Below are positions 17,452 through 24,799 of a stretch of 64,000 bases of DNA, one piece after another. The translations under genes and the position numbers were made by a program. Origin of the DNA: a virus; IMG/VR virus record IMGVR_UViG_3300032030_000058, positions 9,733 through 73,732 of that record; one strand, written 5' to 3'. Within the stretch, counting starts at the first letter, position 1, and the number at the start of each line of letters is the position of its first letter. The notes beneath the pieces were generated by a model, which worked only from the letters and a program-made list of their open reading frames with translations, was not told the DNA's origin and made no database searches.

Positions 17452-17868
17452 ATGACCATTAGACAAACATTATCAAACTACGTTATAAGTGAAATGACCA
17501 ACGAGGAACTATTCACTGAACTATCAAATTCTTTACCATTCAAGAGCAAAAGAGAGCATACTAAATGGTTATCGTTAAAGGGCACACAACAATGGTTGAC
17601 CATGACCGAAAAAGTTCTTAAACGAGCCAATACGCAAGTTTACCATGTCAAATTGGAACGTGGTTCACGTATTGAAATCAATGGTACAGGTTTCTATTCA
17701 TTTGAGGACTATTACACAAGTATCAAACTTGAACCAAATGAGAGCCATCGTTACATCAAGGAACAAACCATTGACCATATTCGTCAACAAATTGCTACTA
17801 GTATCCTTAAAAATGTCAAGAGATGGAAAGATATTGGTATTGATATGGCTGACCTAAGAGTGTTGTAA
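17452..17868 (+). CDS. early hypothetical protein
   Basis: Promoter 17394-17422, AGGAGG RBS, 138 aa. Confidence 0.6.
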   Translation: MTIRQTLSNYVISEMTNEELFTELSNSLPFKSKREHTKWLSLKGTQQWLTMTEKVLKRANTQVYHVKLERGSRIEINGTGFYSFEDYYTSIKLEPNESHRYIKEQTIDHIRQQIATSILKNVKRWKDIGIDMADLRVL

Positions 17869-17883
17869 ATCAAACCATAAACA

Positions 17884-17920
17884 TAAAAAAGAGAAGGGTT
17901 ATTCGCCCTTCTTTTCTTTT
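17884..17920. terminator. bidirectional terminator
   Basis: AGAAGGG-ttattcg-CCCTTCT flanked by an A-run and a T-run; the same hairpin family recurs at 60397-60430. Confidence 0.6.
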
Positions 17921-18141
17921 TCCATCGCAGCTTTGGCCAGATCCTTGATGTATTGAGCCGTGCTGTATTTGGATCTCAGGAAGTCATAGATCATCATCTG
18001 TTCTGGATCATCTTTCTTAAACATGATGGTCATTGAACAGTAGTTACTCTTGTTATACTTCTTGATGTAATCTCTCTTCCTCTTGTAATATTCTTCTGTT
18101 GGCATAAATTCTCCTCCTTCTCCATCAGCATCTGGATCCAC
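17899..18141 (-). CDS. hypothetical protein (minus-strand gene inside the early cluster)
   Basis: Own minus-strand promoter 18161-18189 (TTGACC-17-TACAAT), GGAGGAG RBS, bidirectional terminator 17884-17920. Confidence 0.55.
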   Translation of the reverse strand: MDPDADGEGGEFMPTEEYYKRKRDYIKKYNKSNYCSMTIMFKKDDPEQMMIYDFLRSKYSTAQYIKDLAKAAMEKEKKGE

Positions 18142-18160
18142 TATCCGTGCTGTGTATATA

Positions 18161-18189
18161 ATTGTATATTAGGATTCCAGATTGGTCAA
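18161..18189 (-). promoter_or_regulatory. minus-strand promoter for 17899-18141 (TTGACC-17-TACAAT)
   Basis: -35 18189-18184, -10 18166-18161 read on the minus strand. Confidence 0.55.
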
Positions 18190-18196
18190 GAAAAAA

Positions 18197-18225
18197 TTTA
18201 CAAGTATATATAAAATGGTTATAAT
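18197..18225 (+). promoter_or_regulatory. promoter P6 (TTTACA-17-TATAAT), drives sRNA candidate
   Basis: -35 18197-18202, -10 18220-18225. Confidence 0.6.
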
Positions 18226-18231
18226 AATGAT

Positions 18232-18338
18232 GAAGGTGAATTAATTAAGCCCCCAATTAAATAACGCAATTCATTAAACTTTTTCATTTCAAACTAAAAA
18301 TCCATCACCTTCAGCAGTCCCTCGTGGACTGTTTTTTT
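18232..18338 (+). ncRNA. candidate ~105 nt small RNA
   Basis: Promoter TTTACA-17-TATAAT at 18197-18225, no ORF longer than 5 codons, closing helix GAAGGTGA/TCACCTTC, terminator 18313-18338. Confidence 0.4.
18313..18338 (+). terminator. intrinsic terminator
   Basis: CAGTCC-ctcgt-GGACTG plus T8. Confidence 0.65.
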
Positions 18339-18413
18339 TGATTCAGCTAACCGTGCTATACGGCGACGCCAGATGAATCAAAATTGAGCTGGAAAAAAAT
18401 TTAATTTACCCCC

Positions 18414-18442
18414 TTGCAAATATATATACTTTGATATATAAT
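18414..18442 (+). promoter_or_regulatory. early promoter P7 (TTGCAA-17-TATAAT)
   Basis: -35 18414-18419, -10 18437-18442. Confidence 0.65.
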
Positions 18443-18470
18443 ATAGATAGTTAAAAGGGAGATAAAAAAC

Positions 18471-18761
18471 ATGACAACTACTTCAAAACAAACTAAGGCT
18501 TGGAAAGAACTTTTCTCAGCCATATTCGAAGAAAATGGATACTTCGAAAACTTACGTCAATTCGCAAAGGACCATGGTTATAGCAATCAAGACATGACTG
18601 AAATGCTTTATGAAAGCTACATGCACAATTGCCCTGAAGGTATGGGACCTTATTATTTCATGGACAGTATGGAAGAGCATTACGAGGACATGAAAGACAG
18701 CGTGGAAAATATTTACGATATGGTGGACTGGCTATGGGACCATCAAGCGTGGAAGGAGTAA
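18471..18761 (+). CDS. early acidic hypothetical protein
   Basis: Promoter 18414-18442, AAGGGAG RBS. Confidence 0.6.
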   Translation: MTTTSKQTKAWKELFSAIFEENGYFENLRQFAKDHGYSNQDMTEMLYESYMHNCPEGMGPYYFMDSMEEHYEDMKDSVENIYDMVDWLWDHQAWKE

Positions 18762-18765
18762 AACA

Positions 18766-19059
18766 ATGGAAAACAAATACTATGAGCTTGGTTGGAGGCT
18801 TAATTCAACACAAAGGAAAGCCCTAAAAGACCTTGGCTACCATGTGTATGCAACTCGTTCTTGGGACGAAGGTTGTGGCTCTACATTGGAACATCGTGTC
18901 CTTGTTAACCACGAAACAGACGTCATTACAAACTTCCCAGCATTGGACGACAACAATCCTGAAGACATGGCTAACGACTTCTACGAGCGCATGGAAGAAT
19001 TCAATGCTACCAGCGACCTAGAAATCACCCCTGAAATGAGAACCATCTTGGAAATGTAA
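18766..19059 (+). CDS. early acidic hypothetical protein
   Basis: Coupled 4 nt after upstream gene, GGAGTAA RBS. Confidence 0.55.
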   Translation: MENKYYELGWRLNSTQRKALKDLGYHVYATRSWDEGCGSTLEHRVLVNHETDVITNFPALDDNNPEDMANDFYERMEEFNATSDLEITPEMRTILEM

Positions 19060-19065
19060 AGGAGG

Positions 19066-19098
19066 GAGAGGCTGCCATCAGCAGCTTCTTTTTTTTAT
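19066..19098 (+). terminator. intrinsic terminator
   Basis: GCTGC-catca-GCAGC plus T9. Confidence 0.65.
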
Positions 19099-19248
19099 GC
19101 CTCCTTCACTGCACGGTTAGAAGCTGGATTCGCCTGAATTCTGGAGATTCATCTGGAAGCTCACCTGGGGATTCATCTGGGCGATTACCGTGCTCGATCG
19201 ATGTCCACAGAGCTTCTACCAGAATCCAAAAAATAATTAAAATAATGG

Positions 19249-19277
19249 TTGCAAGTATATATACATTAATATATAAT
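19249..19277 (+). promoter_or_regulatory. early promoter P8 (TTGCAA-17-TATAAT)
   Basis: -35 19249-19254, -10 19272-19277. Confidence 0.65.
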
Positions 19278-19306
19278 ATAGGTAGTTAATAGGAGGAACA
19301 TATCCC

Positions 19307-20038
19307 ATGGAAAAAACAACAAACATATTGCTTGGTCTAGCAATTAAACACAATGGTAATTGGAGTAGCATTTACCATGACTTACAACAAAAGGACTATG
19401 AAGGTGCAGAGGCACTCGCAGAGGCTTATACAGGCTCTTTTATCACTATCCTTGACGAAGAATATCCTGACTACTTAAAACAAGCCCACAAGCCACCATT
19501 TGTGCTATTTTATAATGGCGACATTTCTTTATTAAAAAAGGAACACACACGAGTATGCGTATCAACAAGTAGAGCAACTGACGAAGACTCACTTTCTTTC
19601 TTGCACTCTTTAATTAACAATGACTACAACGACATTGACTATGTTATAAGCGAAACCACACACAACATTGAAATAGACAGGAAGAAACACCACGCCATTT
19701 GCGTTGCAGGTTGTGGTCTTGAACTCGTCAATTGCACCAACTACGACTTAATAATCAGTGAATATCCTAGTGGCACACCAAAAGCCTCGGAAGGTATGCT
19801 TGGAGCATATCGTATTATGGCAGGTATTTCTTCAAAAATAATGGTCGGTAAAGTTAAAAGACTAAGCGGAACGAATGCCCTTATCTCCTTCGGTTTATAT
19901 CAAAACAAGGACATATTAGTTATGCCTGTTAAACCAAAGGAAAACATTGAGGAAGACCTTGGCAATAATAAACTTATCTACGACGGAGCAATACCACTAG
20001 TAGACAAGGAACAGTTAGCGTTCTATCTAGGTCATTAA
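19307..20038 (+). CDS. DprA/Smf-like (Rossmann/SLOG-type) protein, divergent
   Basis: HHAICVAGCGLEL...LIISEYPSGTP...GAYRIMAGISSKIMVGKVKRLSGTNALIS matches the DprA core (TIAVLGSGLD...LLISEYPPGTP...RNRIIAGLS...SGSLITA); the canonical SGLARGID motif is replaced by SETTHNIEID. Confidence 0.55.
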   Translation: MEKTTNILLGLAIKHNGNWSSIYHDLQQKDYEGAEALAEAYTGSFITILDEEYPDYLKQAHKPPFVLFYNGDISLLKKEHTRVCVSTSRATDEDSLSFLHSLINNDYNDIDYVISETTHNIEIDRKKHHAICVAGCGLELVNCTNYDLIISEYPSGTPKASEGMLGAYRIMAGISSKIMVGKVKRLSGTNALISFGLYQNKDILVMPVKPKENIEEDLGNNKLIYDGAIPLVDKEQLAFYLGH

Positions 20039-20042
20039 AAAA

Positions 20043-20070
20043 GTGTCGGAAATTTATCCGACATTTTTTT
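20043..20070 (+). terminator. intrinsic terminator
   Basis: GTCGGAAATTTATCCGAC plus T7. Confidence 0.65.
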
Positions 20071-20114
20071 CTGGGGCGGTCACCGTGCTATGCGGCAGAT
20101 GATCCGGATCCAGC

Positions 20115-20132
20115 TTCCTAAAATTTTAGGAA
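20115..20132. promoter_or_regulatory. palindromic operator TTCCTAAAATTTTAGGAA upstream of P9
   Basis: Perfect 18 bp palindrome 24 bp upstream of the -35. Confidence 0.5.
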
Positions 20133-20156
20133 ATTAAATTCACCTAAAAATAATTG

Positions 20157-20185
20157 TTGACATCAATTTGTATATAATGTAATAT
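20157..20185 (+). promoter_or_regulatory. early promoter P9 (TTGACA-17-TAATAT)
   Basis: -35 20157-20162, -10 20180-20185. Confidence 0.65.
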
Positions 20186-20212
20186 ATATAACGTAAACAG
20201 GAGGTATACCAA

Positions 20213-20431
20213 ATGAAAACAACCATCTCATTCTACAACTCAACTACTGCCTTATGGGTAAACTTTGACGACAAATTTATGGCTCTCAAAGACCAGCACT
20301 CAAAAGGTGAAATGAGTGAAGTTTACGATTTCGGTGTTGGCTTAATCGAAGTTAAGGCAACTGATGGTGAAATCGAAGCTACTCGTAAAGTGCTTGAAAC
20401 ACAAGGGTTCACATTCATTTATATCGAATAA
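20213..20431 (+). CDS. early hypothetical protein
   Basis: Promoter 20157-20185, AGGAGG RBS, 72 aa. Confidence 0.6.
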   Translation: MKTTISFYNSTTALWVNFDDKFMALKDQHSKGEMSEVYDFGVGLIEVKATDGEIEATRKVLETQGFTFIYIE

Positions 20432-20523
20432 GAAGGATGTCCATCAGGGCATTCTTTTTTTATGTCTCAATCACCGTGCTATATTGCCACGATCCGAACA
20501 TCTAAAAAACTATAAATAATTAT

Positions 20524-20552
20524 TGACTTCTATATATAAAAGGATATATATT
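20524..20552 (+). promoter_or_regulatory. early promoter P10 (TTGACT-17-TATATT)
   Basis: -35 20524-20529, -10 20547-20552; first of a tandem pair. Confidence 0.6.
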
Positions 20553-20624
20553 ATAGACAGGTAGTTGAAGAGAGCACCTCAAAAAATCAACTACAAAAAA
20601 AATTAAAAAAAATAAAAAAACCTA

Positions 20625-20653
20625 TTGACACATTTTAAAAAATAATGTAATAT
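20625..20653 (+). promoter_or_regulatory. early promoter P11 (TTGACA-17-TAATAT)
   Basis: -35 20625-20630, -10 20648-20653. Confidence 0.65.
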
Positions 20654-20741
20654 ATAGGTGTAAGGTAAAGAACGAGGAACGTTCACGAGGGCCTTACGAA
20701 CAAACTTAAAACGTGGAAGAACCACTATAGGAGAATTAAAA

Positions 20742-21023
20742 ATGTTTGTAAAAATTACTCGAATTAACAACCAAAATCACGAAAAAGAATTAGTAGTCAA
20801 CACTGACGAAATCGTCTTTCTAAGCGAATGCGAAGACCACATCAACTATGACAAGCCTATCGCATACGAAGAAACCACTGACGAAGACACAGGTATCATT
20901 ACCAAAGTCCCAAGTGAGTGGGAAATCGAAAAACGTTATGTTATCGGTTTCAAAAACGGAAAACACCCACAAATCGTAGACAAAACCAATTACGAAAAAT
21001 TAGCCGAAATCTTACTCAAATAA
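20742..21023 (+). CDS. early hypothetical protein
   Basis: Tandem promoters 20524-20552 and 20625-20653, ~80 nt structured leader, TAGGAGAA RBS. Confidence 0.6.
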   Translation: MFVKITRINNQNHEKELVVNTDEIVFLSECEDHINYDKPIAYEETTDEDTGIITKVPSEWEIEKRYVIGFKNGKHPQIVDKTNYEKLAEILLK

Positions 21024-21046
21024 GAAAGTAGGGTAAAATAGCCACT

Positions 21047-21082
21047 GGAAGAGAGCCCACCTCGAACTCTCTTCTTTTTTTG
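21047..21082 (+). terminator. intrinsic terminator
   Basis: GAAGAGAG-cccacctcgaa-CTCTCTTC plus T7. Confidence 0.65.
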
Positions 21083-21145
21083 TCTTCGCGACGGCGGATG
21101 GAAGGCGGATCAACGTGGGCATCCTATGGCACGGTCATATGATTC

Positions 21146-21163
21146 TTCCTAAATTTTTAGGAA
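21146..21163. promoter_or_regulatory. palindromic operator TTCCTAAATTTTTAGGAA upstream of P12
   Basis: Third copy of the same palindrome, 15 bp upstream of the -35. Confidence 0.5.
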
Positions 21164-21178
21164 ACTTGCAAATTTGTG

Positions 21179-21207
21179 TTGACAATATATATCAAATAAT
21201 ATACAAT
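21179..21207 (+). promoter_or_regulatory. early promoter P12 (TTGACA-17-TACAAT)
   Basis: -35 21179-21184, -10 21202-21207. Confidence 0.65.
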
Positions 21208-21231
21208 GGTAGCATAAGGAGGGCATATCCC

Positions 21232-21537
21232 ATGAAAAGCAAATACGTAGAGTATAGAGATTTCTATATTACATCATTCGTTGACTACGATAAGGAATTG
21301 TTCGTTATGGTCAACATCAGTGGCGACACACTAGTGGAAAACTTCACTAGCAACTTCTTCTCTAAAGAAGACTTAGTTATTGACTATTATAAGTTAATCT
21401 CCAAATGTGCCACAGGAGGGGACGAAGACGATATTATTCCATACACACGCAAGTATATGGCGCATATCGTGAGAGTTTCACAAGAGGAACTTAATATGGA
21501 CTATATTAATTTCTCTCTAAAGGGGGTCCAATTATGA
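21232..21537 (+). CDS. early hypothetical protein
   Basis: Start at ATG 21232 after TAAGGAGGG; promoter 21179-21207. Confidence 0.6.
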   Translation: MKSKYVEYRDFYITSFVDYDKELFVMVNISGDTLVENFTSNFFSKEDLVIDYYKLISKCATGGDEDDIIPYTRKYMAHIVRVSQEELNMDYINFSLKGVQL

Positions 21538-21755
21538 GACGCTACTACATAATTACCGACCTTGTCCACAGTCAAGACTATCTTACGTGGGCGTATGACC
21601 ATAGTGACATCCTTGGTGCAGCAATATGCTTTGCTGAAAAACAAGGCGTCACCATCAATGACCTGCGTATGTATGCCTGCTCCACCAAAAAAGAGTGGGA
21701 CGCATACGGAACAGCTCACTTCTCTCGTATCAAAGCGTGGCAATGCACCAAATAA
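21534..21755 (+). CDS. early hypothetical protein
   Basis: ATGA overlap with upstream gene; followed by two terminators. Confidence 0.55.
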   Translation: MRRYYIITDLVHSQDYLTWAYDHSDILGAAICFAEKQGVTINDLRMYACSTKKEWDAYGTAHFSRIKAWQCTK

Positions 21756-21989
21756 GGCATCAAACGGCTCGATTCAGCCGTTTTTTGTTGTTTTCCGAGT
21801 AATTCCTCGTTTTCATACACAAACACATCTTAAACGGCGGATTCGTAACATCCGCTTTTTTGATGCTTCAGGGACGTTCACCGTGCTAACCAGATGAATC
21901 GAGTTAGTACCAGAATCATCCCACATCTAAGATGTGAATTACTGTCCATCAAAAAATTAATTTTTTTTGCAAATTATTCATTTTTATAT

Positions 21990-22185
21990 TAACTATAAAA
22001 TAGAATAATTATGCAAAGGGACCATTTTGGTGAATCGAGTTAGCGTTTTGCTATTATTATCTTACATATATATATACATACACATATTGGGAATTATAGG
22101 AAAATTCTAACTCAACTAATCAAATTTAACATTAGTAGATAGACTACTAAAAAAATCAACGTTCTATAAATAATTATTGACTTGG
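21990..22185 (+). repeat. ~190 bp direct repeat, copy A
   Basis: ~80% identical over ~110 bp to 28250-28445 (tttggtgaatcgagttagcg...atatatatacatacacatat...) and shares the identical ctataaataattattgac promoter-like end. Confidence 0.6.
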
Positions 22186-22347
22186 CACTTTTTGGCGTTT
22201 TTTGAGCTTTTTGCTTTCCTTTCTTCTTCTAAGAATTCTTCTTCTTCTCCTTGCGATGCTTCTGGATCAGGACCTAGCACGGATAGCTTCATGTGCATGT
22301 CCAGGACCGGGTTAGCATCAGGGTGAAAATTTGTTACAAAAATATAT

Positions 22348-22375
22348 TGACAACCATTTTCAAATAATATATACT
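22348..22375 (+). promoter_or_regulatory. promoter P13 (TTGACA-16-TATACT), drives sRNA candidate
   Basis: -35 22348-22353, -10 22370-22375. Confidence 0.6.
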
Positions 22376-22381
22376 GTAGTT

Positions 22382-22487
22382 GCAATGATGGAGATATGTA
22401 TTCTCCTATAACTTAAAAACCCATAGTCATGTTAATTCCTTTCATTGCACTAATCTGTCAGTTTACATAGCCTGGCAGATTTTTTTA
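22382..22487 (+). ncRNA. candidate ~105 nt small RNA
   Basis: Promoter TTGACA-16-TATACT at 22348-22375, only 8- and 12-codon ORFs, internal hairpin GGAGA/TCTCC, terminator ATCTGTCAG/CTGGCAGAT plus T7 at 22453-22487. Confidence 0.4.
22453..22487 (+). terminator. intrinsic terminator ending the sRNA candidate
   Basis: ATCTGTCAG-tttacatagc-CTGGCAGAT plus T7. Confidence 0.6.
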
Positions 22488-22599
22488 TGCCCAGCTCAGG
22501 ATCTGGACAGGATCTGAATCCGATTTCGCATATTAGCACGGTAGGTTAATTATAGAATCGATGCCGCTTCAGAAAATGAAAAAATACTATAAAAATATA

Positions 22600-22628
22600 T
22601 TGACATATACATGTATATAATGTAATAT
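22600..22628 (+). promoter_or_regulatory. early promoter P14 (TTGACA-17-TAATAT)
   Basis: -35 22600-22605, -10 22623-22628. Confidence 0.65.
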
Positions 22629-22653
22629 ATAATTGTCAATAGGAGGTCACAAT

Positions 22654-23268
22654 ATGGCTATAAAAATCTCAACTACAAACTCAAAACTAGGGTTCATGAT
22701 TCCTAGTATATCACTACCACCGCAACACTCTTGTCGTCCTGACGCGCCTTGTGCGAAGGGTTGCTATGGTAAAAAGGGCAATTTCTTATTTAGTAACGTT
22801 CAACAGTCTCATATGGTCAACTTTGAAGAATATCAAAAAAATCCTAACGGGTACTTCAAACAAATTATTGAATACTTAAATTGCGGACTCATATCACATA
22901 AATTCTTTCGTTGGCATACTGTCGGCGACATCGTAGACTACAATTATTTTCTCGGAGTCGTTAGTGTGGCGCGTAAATGTAAAGACACTAAGTTCTTACT
23001 ATTCACGAAGAAGTTCGACATCATCAACGACTACGTGGGCGCCGGTAACACTATTCCTAGAAATTTATCAATTGTGTTTTCCGCGTGGCATAAGGGTTTT
23101 AAAGTCGACAATCCTTATGACTTCCCTGTCGCGTATGTGTTCTTTAAGAAGACAGAACTCAATCCTGACATCCCAGCTATGGCTATCCCTTGTTCTGGTC
23201 ACTGTCCATCTTGTTTAGCCTGTTGGAGTCTTAAAAAAGGTCAATCAGTGTTCTTCAATCAACACTAA
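22654..23268 (+). CDS. Cys-rich early protein (N-terminal CxxxxxCxxxC and C-terminal CSGHCPSCLAC clusters)
   Basis: Start at ATG 22654 after AGGAGG; promoter 22600-22628; 204 aa. Confidence 0.55.
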   Translation: MAIKISTTNSKLGFMIPSISLPPQHSCRPDAPCAKGCYGKKGNFLFSNVQQSHMVNFEEYQKNPNGYFKQIIEYLNCGLISHKFFRWHTVGDIVDYNYFLGVVSVARKCKDTKFLLFTKKFDIINDYVGAGNTIPRNLSIVFSAWHKGFKVDNPYDFPVAYVFFKKTELNPDIPAMAIPCSGHCPSCLACWSLKKGQSVFFNQH

Positions 23269-23328
23269 TTAAACCGCCGAAGTAGGGACGCGGTATATAA
23301 GACAGCCTTGGGATAGCGGACCAACGCT

Positions 23329-23359
23329 AGAAGGGAATCGATCCCTTCTTTTTTTTATG
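23329..23359 (+). terminator. intrinsic terminator
   Basis: GAAGGGA-atcga-TCCCTTC plus T8. Confidence 0.65.
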
Positions 23360-23496
23360 CGGATTTATCTAGCACGGTAATGGATCCACGGCGGCGATTC
23401 TCTGGATCCAGACAGCTTCAGATCAAGATGAATAACCGTGCCGGAAGCTGTACGATCAGAATCCATCCTGGATCAGAAAAAAACTGTAAATTTATA

Positions 23497-23526
23497 TTGA
23501 CATATATATATCCAATAATATACAAT
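23497..23526 (+). promoter_or_regulatory. early promoter P15 (TTGACA-18-TACAAT)
   Basis: -35 23497-23502, -10 23521-23526. Confidence 0.6.
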
Positions 23527-23552
23527 GAGAGTGTCAATAGGAGGATATACAA

Positions 23553-23924
23553 ATGACAAACTACAACACTTTAACACCTTACAAACATCATCAAATCGAA
23601 GACTGGGGCGGCGTTATCAGTGACGACTTCAAATCATTCGCTCGCAAGTGGCAAAACTTCTTAAAACGCATGTGTGCAAATAACGGTTGGGAGCTATGCA
23701 ACTTCAATCGCGGACACTACTACTGTTCCTGGTTCATCAAAAACGGTGACAAATACGTTTACTGCTCATTCGGAGACGTCAGGCACTTCTCCAGAGACTG
23801 GTATAAACTCATTCTCCATCGCGTCGCAAAAAATGAACGCGACTATACCGGTGGAAGTAACTGGTACACCGAACTCGAAAATCTCGAAGGAGCAATTACC
23901 AGACGGTTCCAGACTGGATATTAG
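23553..23924 (+). CDS. early hypothetical protein (Cys/Trp-rich)
   Basis: Promoter 23497-23526, AGGAGG RBS, bidirectional terminator 23934-23968. Confidence 0.6.
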   Translation: MTNYNTLTPYKHHQIEDWGGVISDDFKSFARKWQNFLKRMCANNGWELCNFNRGHYYCSWFIKNGDKYVYCSFGDVRHFSRDWYKLILHRVAKNERDYTGGSNWYTELENLEGAITRRFQTGY

Positions 23925-23933
23925 TTCAAAAAA

Positions 23934-23968
23934 TAGAAAAGAGCTGATCATCTCAGCCCTTTTTTATT
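23934..23968. terminator. bidirectional terminator between convergent genes
   Basis: GCTGA-tcatc-TCAGC with an A-run upstream and a T-run downstream. Confidence 0.55.
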
Positions 23969-24761
23969 TCTTAGAATTAATAGCACGGTTACGCCAGCTC
24001 TGCATCAACTTCCTGGTTCTTCTCATATCCGTCTTCATCTGCAATGGTAAACTCGCATCACCAAAACTCTTCTTCACCACCTGCATCAATTTTAAACGGT
24101 CCCTGTAGAAGCGATACTGTTGAACCTCATACGAAATATATTCCTGAGCCGAAACACGCCTTAAACGGCCGATTTCAGCGAAAGAAACAGGAATCAATCT
24201 GTGGCGACAGTTCTTACGTGTGCATAGGTATGGCGGCTGAAGCATCACTTCGTCCACACTTAGTAACCCGGCGTTAAATATATATGCCTTCTCTTCATCT
24301 GAATACTCAGCGTTCTTTTTATAATAAATTCTGCCCTGATACGCAGCGTGGTCTTTAGCTGGATCTGTGAACTCCGTGCAATAGTAGAACTTTGAATCCC
24401 CCTGAAGAACATCCACGAGCTCTTCATGCTTCTTACGGTACTCGATATTATCCACAACATCGTTCTTGATCTTCTCCAGCATCGGGGTATCATCTCTAAG
24501 CACGGCATATATCGATGCGGCGCGATCATCTGCATCAACTTTCCGGGCTGCACCAGCTACGGTATGTTTGTAGAAATTCATGGCAAATAACCAGAGCGAG
24601 TGCCGCTCATTATCGTTCAGATGCTGAACATTCTGGATGATCTTCTTCACCTGACGCATCACTGATCTTTTATCAGCACGGTTAAGTACGCTAGATGTGA
24701 TCACCGCCACGATCTTTAGCTCTGCATTATATATTAAATTCTTATAATACCCTGTGTTCAT
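23964..24761 (-). CDS. hypothetical protein, possible MuF-like minor head protein (follows the portal)
   Basis: 265 aa, GC-richer codon usage shared with the portal gene; the position after the portal parallels SPP1 gp6-gp7. Confidence 0.35.
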   Translation of the reverse strand: MNTGYYKNLIYNAELKIVAVITSSVLNRADKRSVMRQVKKIIQNVQHLNDNERHSLWLFAMNFYKHTVAGAARKVDADDRAASIYAVLRDDTPMLEKIKNDVVDNIEYRKKHEELVDVLQGDSKFYYCTEFTDPAKDHAAYQGRIYYKKNAEYSDEEKAYIFNAGLLSVDEVMLQPPYLCTRKNCRHRLIPVSFAEIGRLRRVSAQEYISYEVQQYRFYRDRLKLMQVVKKSFGDASLPLQMKTDMRRTRKLMQSWRNRAINSKK

Positions 24762-24799
24762 GGTTTTATTATATAAAAAAGAGCTCCTAAATGGAACTC

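Noticed and set aside
21562-21897. 111 aa plus-strand ORF overlapping 21534-21755
   Set aside because: Its translation is low-complexity nonsense and it reads through two terminators. The overlapping ATGA-coupled 73 aa ORF gives a plausible protein.
22164-22385. 73 aa minus-strand ORF
   Set aside because: It overlaps plus-strand promoter P13 and the 190 bp repeat, has no RBS, and has low-complexity composition. It is probably spurious.
15290-23530. Repetitive atatatatac / tatataat tracts that might look like CRISPR repeats
   Set aside because: They are the AT-rich spacers and -10 regions of reiterated sigma-A promoters. There is no regular repeat-spacer periodicity and no cas genes.
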